11,804 nt of DNA from an uncultured Fidelibacterota bacterium (GTDB lineage: Bacteria; Fidelibacterota; Marinisomatia; Marinisomatales; UBA1611), in assembly GCA_913040915.1 (NCBI GenBank), contig CAJWHW010000040.1, forward strand, positions 1-11,804. Reading direction: 5' to 3'. Numbering within the stretch: position 1 is the first letter of the stretch; the number at the start of each line of letters is the position of its first letter. The translations under genes and the position numbers were made by a program. Under the pieces are notes generated by a model, which saw nothing but the letters and a program-made list of their open reading frames with translations, was not told where the DNA came from and did not search any database. Below are positions 7,708 through 11,804 of the stretch, piece after piece.

Positions 7708-9674
7708 ATAACCTTTTCCCTTGCAGGCCACAAACTTATAAGTGTCCCAATAACTAAAACATAACCTCCTAACCACACCCACCAAACCAATGGATTAATC
7801 ATGATTTTCAAATAAGCAATGCGTTGTTCCATATCCACCCCAGAAAAAATAGAATAAATATCTTTATTTACAGTTCCATAAATGTCTAATTCACTATGGG
7901 GTTGACGTTTATCAGGATTTGGATCCCGGTGAAAATATATTCGTTTCTCCGGGTAAAGAGTAGTAACCAATTTATTCTGAAAATCCCAAACGTTAAGCCC
8001 CGCTACCCAAGCCATATGATTAGGACGTTCTTCCGGTAAAATTGAAACCAACTCAAATATATAGCCATTGAATTCCTCAGTTTCACCCTGTTTTAAAGCA
8101 AATTCGGACTCTTTGTCAAAAGCGTGACCTGAAAATCCTACGAACATAAATACTATACCAATGTGAACGATATATCCACCATATCGGCTTCTGTTCTTTG
8201 AAATTAATTTCATTAAAGCAATAAGAAATGACTCATTAAATCTATTAATTCTAGATTGGATCCCGCGTTGAAATTCAATAATGATTGCAACAAGGACAAA
8301 ACCTATTAGAGGAAATGAAATTAATGTAGCATTTCGTACTCCAGCAAAAAAGCAACCTACAAATGTTAATAATGCCATAACAACTGGGATGCTGAAATTT
8401 CGAATGAAAACTTTTTTAGATGTTCTGCGCCAAACTAACATTGGGCCTACACCAGTTAAAAAGAGAAGAATTAGACCAATTGGAACATTTACTTGGTTAA
8501 AGAAAGGTGCGCCTACAGTGATTTTTTCTCCACGAATTGCTTCCGAAATTACCGGGAATATCGTTCCCCAGAACACAGCAAAACATATGACCACAAAAAT
8601 AAAATTATTGAATAAAAATCCACTTTCTCTAGACGTAAATGATTCAATTCGTTTATTAGTTTTTAGAATAGGCAATCGATCTACAATTAAATAAATACAG
8701 ACTAGCAGTAAGAGTGCAATAAATCCAAGAAATACAGGTCCTAAATTTGATACTGCAAAAGAATGGACGGAGGACATAACTCCGCTTCTCGTTAGGAACG
8801 TTCCAAAGATACACAATGTAAAAGTTAGTAAAATCAATATCATGTTCCAGATTTTGAGCATACCCTTTTTTTCTTGTATAATAATGGAATGTAAAAAAGC
8901 TGTACCAGTTAGCCATGGCATAAATGAAGCATTCTCTACAGGATCCCATGCCCAGTATCCACCCCAGCCTAGCTCTTGGTAAGCCCACCAACCGCCAAGT
9001 ATAATACCAATACTTTGGAATAACCATGCAATCAATGTCCAGCGGCGAATGGACCTGATCCATACCGAACCTGTATCTTTTGTAATGAGAGCTGCAATAG
9101 CAAAAGCAAATGGAATTGTAAATCCAACGTAACCCAAATATAAAGTTGGAGGATGTATAGCCATGGTAAGATTTTGGAGAAGCGGATTAAGTCCATTTCC
9201 ATTTACAACTACAAAATCTGCTTCTGTTGGTGCAAATGGATTCTCAACAAAGTTTACTAAAAATAGGAAGAATATCTGGATAGTCACTATCACAATGATG
9301 ACCCACGGCATCAATTTTGTATATGCATTTTTGTATTGAAATAAAATAATCAAAGCATATGTAGATAACACGAAAAGCCAAAATAAAAGCGATCCTGATT
9401 GGCCCGCCCATAGAGCTGTAAATTTATAAAAGGTCGGCGTTTCTAAACTGGTATAATGCGCTACATACTTTATATCAAAATTGCTAACTAATAATTCATT
9501 TAATAATAGGAAAGTTGCAAGTATTGAAAATACTGAAACCAATACACTTGCCCGCCAACCTGCTAAATAATAACGGTAATCCTGTTGCTTTAAAAAGATT
9601 GAGAAAAGAAATATAGTAAGTGCTGCAATACCCAAGCCTAGGCTGAGAGTCACACTACCTAAGATTGGGATCAT
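7704..9674 (-). CDS. ccmF: cytochrome c synthetase (heme lyase) CcmF
   Basis: WAGQSGSLLFW, GLNPLLQ, IHPPTLYLGY, WWD motif ELGWGGYWAWDPVENAS, FLHS, SVHSFA, YIVHIG, C-terminal NPLVWWVWLGG. Confidence 0.97.
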   Translation of the reverse strand: MIPILGSVTLSLGLGIAALTIFLFSIFLKQQDYRYYLAGWRASVLVSVFSILATFLLLNELLVSNFDIKYVAHYTSLETPTFYKFTALWAGQSGSLLFWLFVLSTYALIILFQYKNAYTKLMPWVIIVIVTIQIFFLFLVNFVENPFAPTEADFVVVNGNGLNPLLQNLTMAIHPPTLYLGYVGFTIPFAFAIAALITKDTGSVWIRSIRRWTLIAWLFQSIGIILGGWWAYQELGWGGYWAWDPVENASFMPWLTGTAFLHSIIIQEKKGMLKIWNMILILLTFTLCIFGTFLTRSGVMSSVHSFAVSNLGPVFLGFIALLLLVCIYLIVDRLPILKTNKRIESFTSRESGFLFNNFIFVVICFAVFWGTIFPVISEAIRGEKITVGAPFFNQVNVPIGLILLFLTGVGPMLVWRRTSKKVFIRNFSIPVVMALLTFVGCFFAGVRNATLISFPLIGFVLVAIIIEFQRGIQSRINRFNESFLIALMKLISKNRSRYGGYIVHIGIVFMFVGFSGHAFDKESEFALKQGETEEFNGYIFELVSILPEERPNHMAWVAGLNVWDFQNKLVTTLYPEKRIYFHRDPNPDKRQPHSELDIYGTVNKDIYSIFSGVDMEQRIAYLKIMINPLVWWVWLGGYVLVIGTLISLWPAREKVI

Positions 9675-10099
9675 ATGGATTCTACTTTATAGGAAGATTC
9701 ATCCCTTAAATCACCTTCATAACGAGAAGCACATTTGGTTTGAAGTTGATCTGCAGTAAAAATACCATCAGCATACGTACCTTCTACGATTACTTCTGCA
9801 GCATCCTTAAATAAATCTGGACGTGTTCCTGTAAAATGTACTGAAACATAATTTTCACCTTGCTCCAAATGAAAATTGCATTCCAATTGATTCTGTTTTG
9901 AAATTTTAATTGTGCCTGGTGATACAAGCCCGCCTAACCGGATTCTTTCGGTTTTCTCAACTGAATGTATATCAGTTAAAGAAAGGAACCGAACCATACC
10001 TGGATTTTCCTTATCAGGATTAATGGTAACCCACCCAATCCATACACAAGATAAAACAGATAATATAATAATACTGATTGTAATTTTTTTTTGATTCAT
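9671..10099 (-). CDS. ccmE: heme chaperone CcmE, Cys (CxxxY) variant
   Basis: N-terminal TM anchor, RIRLGGLVSPGTI, PDLFKDAAEVIVEG, and KCASRY in place of KHDENY. Stop overlaps the ccmF ATG (ATGA). Confidence 0.94.
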   Translation of the reverse strand: MNQKKITISIIILSVLSCVWIGWVTINPDKENPGMVRFLSLTDIHSVEKTERIRLGGLVSPGTIKISKQNQLECNFHLEQGENYVSVHFTGTRPDLFKDAAEVIVEGTYADGIFTADQLQTKCASRYEGDLRDESSYKVESI

Positions 10100-10111
10100 T
10101 AGTATAGATTT

Positions 10112-11770
10112 TTAAAAAACTGCAGATTCCTGCCATTCACCAAATTCAGTTTTCATAGCAATAACAATCTCACCTAGTGTCACATATGCTTTGGCCGCTT
10201 CAATGATCGGCGGCATGAGATTATTCCCATTTTTACAAGCTTCTCCAATTGCAAATAAAGTAGCTTGAGCTAAAGATTCATCCCTAGAATTCTTAAGATC
10301 TATCAATTTTTTTCTTTGACCTTCTCCTGCTTCTCCTCCAATCTTAAGAATGGGTATTTCGAATTCTTCACTTTCATTAACGAATTTATTAACACCGACA
10401 ACAATTCGTTTTTTTTCATCTACTTTAGATTGATAATCTGATGCTGCTCTAGCGATTTCTCTTTGAAAGTATCCTTGTTCAATAGCACAAATAACACCAC
10501 CTAAGTTTTCAATCTCTATAAAATATTCTTCTGCTTTTGCTTCTATCTTATCTGTTAATTCTTCTATAAACCATGATCCTCCAAGTGGATCTACCACGTT
10601 GGAAACACCAGTCTCATAAGCAATTAATTGTTGGGTTCGTAAAGCAATCTCAGCGGCTTTTTCTGTAGGAAGTGCAAGTGTTTCGTCCATGGAATTAGTG
10701 TGAAGACTTTGTGTACCACCTAATACTCCAGCGAGTGCTTGAAATCCCGTCCGTGCAATATTGATTTCTGGCTGTTGAGCAGTTAGACTGCATCCAGCAG
10801 TTTGAGTATGAAAACGTAATTTCCAGGATTTTTCATTTTTTGCACCATATTTATTTTTCATTCTCTTGGCCCATATACGACGTGCTGCACGAAATTTTGC
10901 GATCTCCTCAAAAAAGTCTAAATGAGAATTAAAAAAGAAAGATAATCGAGGTGCAAAACTATCAACGTCCAAACCTACTTTGATACCATGTTCAACATAT
11001 GTAAAACCATTTGCCAATGTAAACGCTAGTTCCTGTGCTGAAGTAGACCCGGCCTCTCGAATGTGGTAACCACTAACAGATATTGTATTGAATTTGGGCA
11101 TATTTTCTGTACAATATGCTAACATGTCGGTAATAACACGCATGGAAGGATTTGGCGGGAAAATCCATTCTTTTTGGGCAATGAATTCTTTCAAAATATC
11201 ATTCTGGAGAGTTCCTCGGAGTTGATCCAGAGAGACACCCTGCTTTTCAGCCAATGAAACATAAAATGCCAATAAAATTATTGCCGGACCATTAATTGTC
11301 TGAGAAACTGAGATCTCTCCTAAATTTATACCATCAAATAAAGTTTCCATATCAGCCAAGGATGCTACGCTGACACCGCATTTCCCTACTTCTCCTTTGG
11401 AATAAGGATGATCTGGGTCATATCCCATTAAAGTAGGCATATCATAGGCAACAGAAAGTCCTGTTTGCCCTTTTTTTAATAAATTTTTAAAGCGCTGATT
11501 TGTTTCTTCGGGTTTACCAAAGCCAGCAAATTGACGCATCGTCCAAAGTTTACCTCTATACAGGTTTGGGTGGACTCCCCGAGTAAAAGGATAGCAACCT
11601 GGAAATCCGAGCTTTTCCATATAATCATCACTAGGAGATTCTGGAAAGTAGCATAAATCCAATTTTTCACCGGAAAGTGAATCAAAATCTGCTTCCCGAG
11701 ACTTAAAAGATTTAGCATCTGTTTCCCAATGCGATAATTCCTGGTTAAATAAGTTTAATTGTTCATTCAT
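10112..11770 (-). CDS. B12-dependent acyl-CoA mutase large (substrate-binding) subunit, methylmalonyl-CoA mutase family, with isobutyryl-CoA mutase (IcmA)-like residues
   Basis: [93 protein letters not shown]. 552 aa with no DxHxxG cobalamin-binding domain, so a split enzyme. Confidence 0.93.
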   Translation of the reverse strand: MNEQLNLFNQELSHWETDAKSFKSREADFDSLSGEKLDLCYFPESPSDDYMEKLGFPGCYPFTRGVHPNLYRGKLWTMRQFAGFGKPEETNQRFKNLLKKGQTGLSVAYDMPTLMGYDPDHPYSKGEVGKCGVSVASLADMETLFDGINLGEISVSQTINGPAIILLAFYVSLAEKQGVSLDQLRGTLQNDILKEFIAQKEWIFPPNPSMRVITDMLAYCTENMPKFNTISVSGYHIREAGSTSAQELAFTLANGFTYVEHGIKVGLDVDSFAPRLSFFFNSHLDFFEEIAKFRAARRIWAKRMKNKYGAKNEKSWKLRFHTQTAGCSLTAQQPEINIARTGFQALAGVLGGTQSLHTNSMDETLALPTEKAAEIALRTQQLIAYETGVSNVVDPLGGSWFIEELTDKIEAKAEEYFIEIENLGGVICAIEQGYFQREIARAASDYQSKVDEKKRIVVGVNKFVNESEEFEIPILKIGGEAGEGQRKKLIDLKNSRDESLAQATLFAIGEACKNGNNLMPPIIEAAKAYVTLGEIVIAMKTEFGEWQESAVF

Positions 11771-11804
11771 AAATTAGGTTCAATTATTTTGCTTTTCAGT
11801 TTTA

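Noticed and set aside
7708..7785. Longer 116-aa version of the ORF between ccmF and ccmA
   Set aside because: It would overlap the conserved ccmF C-terminus by about 80 nt. The ATG at 7707 gives a canonical ATGA coupling and places the TM helix at the N-terminus.
8656..9063. 135-aa minus-strand ORF inside ccmF
   Set aside because: Alternative frame within the intact, most conserved part of ccmF; no homology cues.
10084..10092. Second A9 run, at the 5' end of ccmE, as a phase-variation site
   Set aside because: The frame is intact and such runs are expected in AT-rich, Lys-rich sequence; no evidence of length variation.
1748..10094. Other plus-strand ORFs (1748-1930, 3806-4003, 3918-4211, 5110-5310, 5672-5935, 6274-6714, 8281-8694, 9912-10094)
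   Set aside because: All lie antisense within well-supported genes. The longest are Asn/Lys/Ile-rich mirror images of hydrophobic membrane-protein codons.
11476..11718. 80-aa alternative-frame ORF inside the mutase gene
   Set aside because: Nested in an intact conserved CDS with no motifs.
1..11804. CRISPR arrays, tRNA/rRNA genes, IS elements, cobalamin riboswitch
   Set aside because: The window is almost entirely protein-coding with no periodic repeats or transposase/integrase ORFs. Only 34 nt upstream of the mutase are visible, too little to assess a riboswitch.

Overview
AT-rich (roughly one-third GC by eye) bacterial window holding one very tightly packed run of 13 minus-strand genes, with no intergenic gap over 14 nt. 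In transcription order: (1) a stand-alone B12-dependent acyl-CoA mutase large subunit with isobutyryl-CoA-mutase-type (Phe/Gln) rather than methylmalonyl-CoA-mutase (Tyr/Arg) specificity residues; (2) a variant System I (I*) cytochrome c maturation cluster ccmE(CxxxY)-ccmF-[90-aa CcmI-N-terminus-like]-ccmA-ccmB-ccmC-ccmD, where ccmD is a 30-codon ORF missing from the supplied track and ccmG/ccmH are absent; (3) a divergent archaeal-type (class II) GAPDH homologue; (4) a glyoxalase-II-like MBL-fold hydrolase; (5) the conserved tilS-hpt-ftsH block. ftsH is cut by an apparent 1-nt insertion in an A9 run near the window edge, and the correct FtsH sequence continues in another frame. I found no RNA genes, CRISPR arrays, mobile elements or convincing repeats. 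The most unusual elements are the class II GAPDH-like gene, the ICM-type mutase and the System I* architecture.
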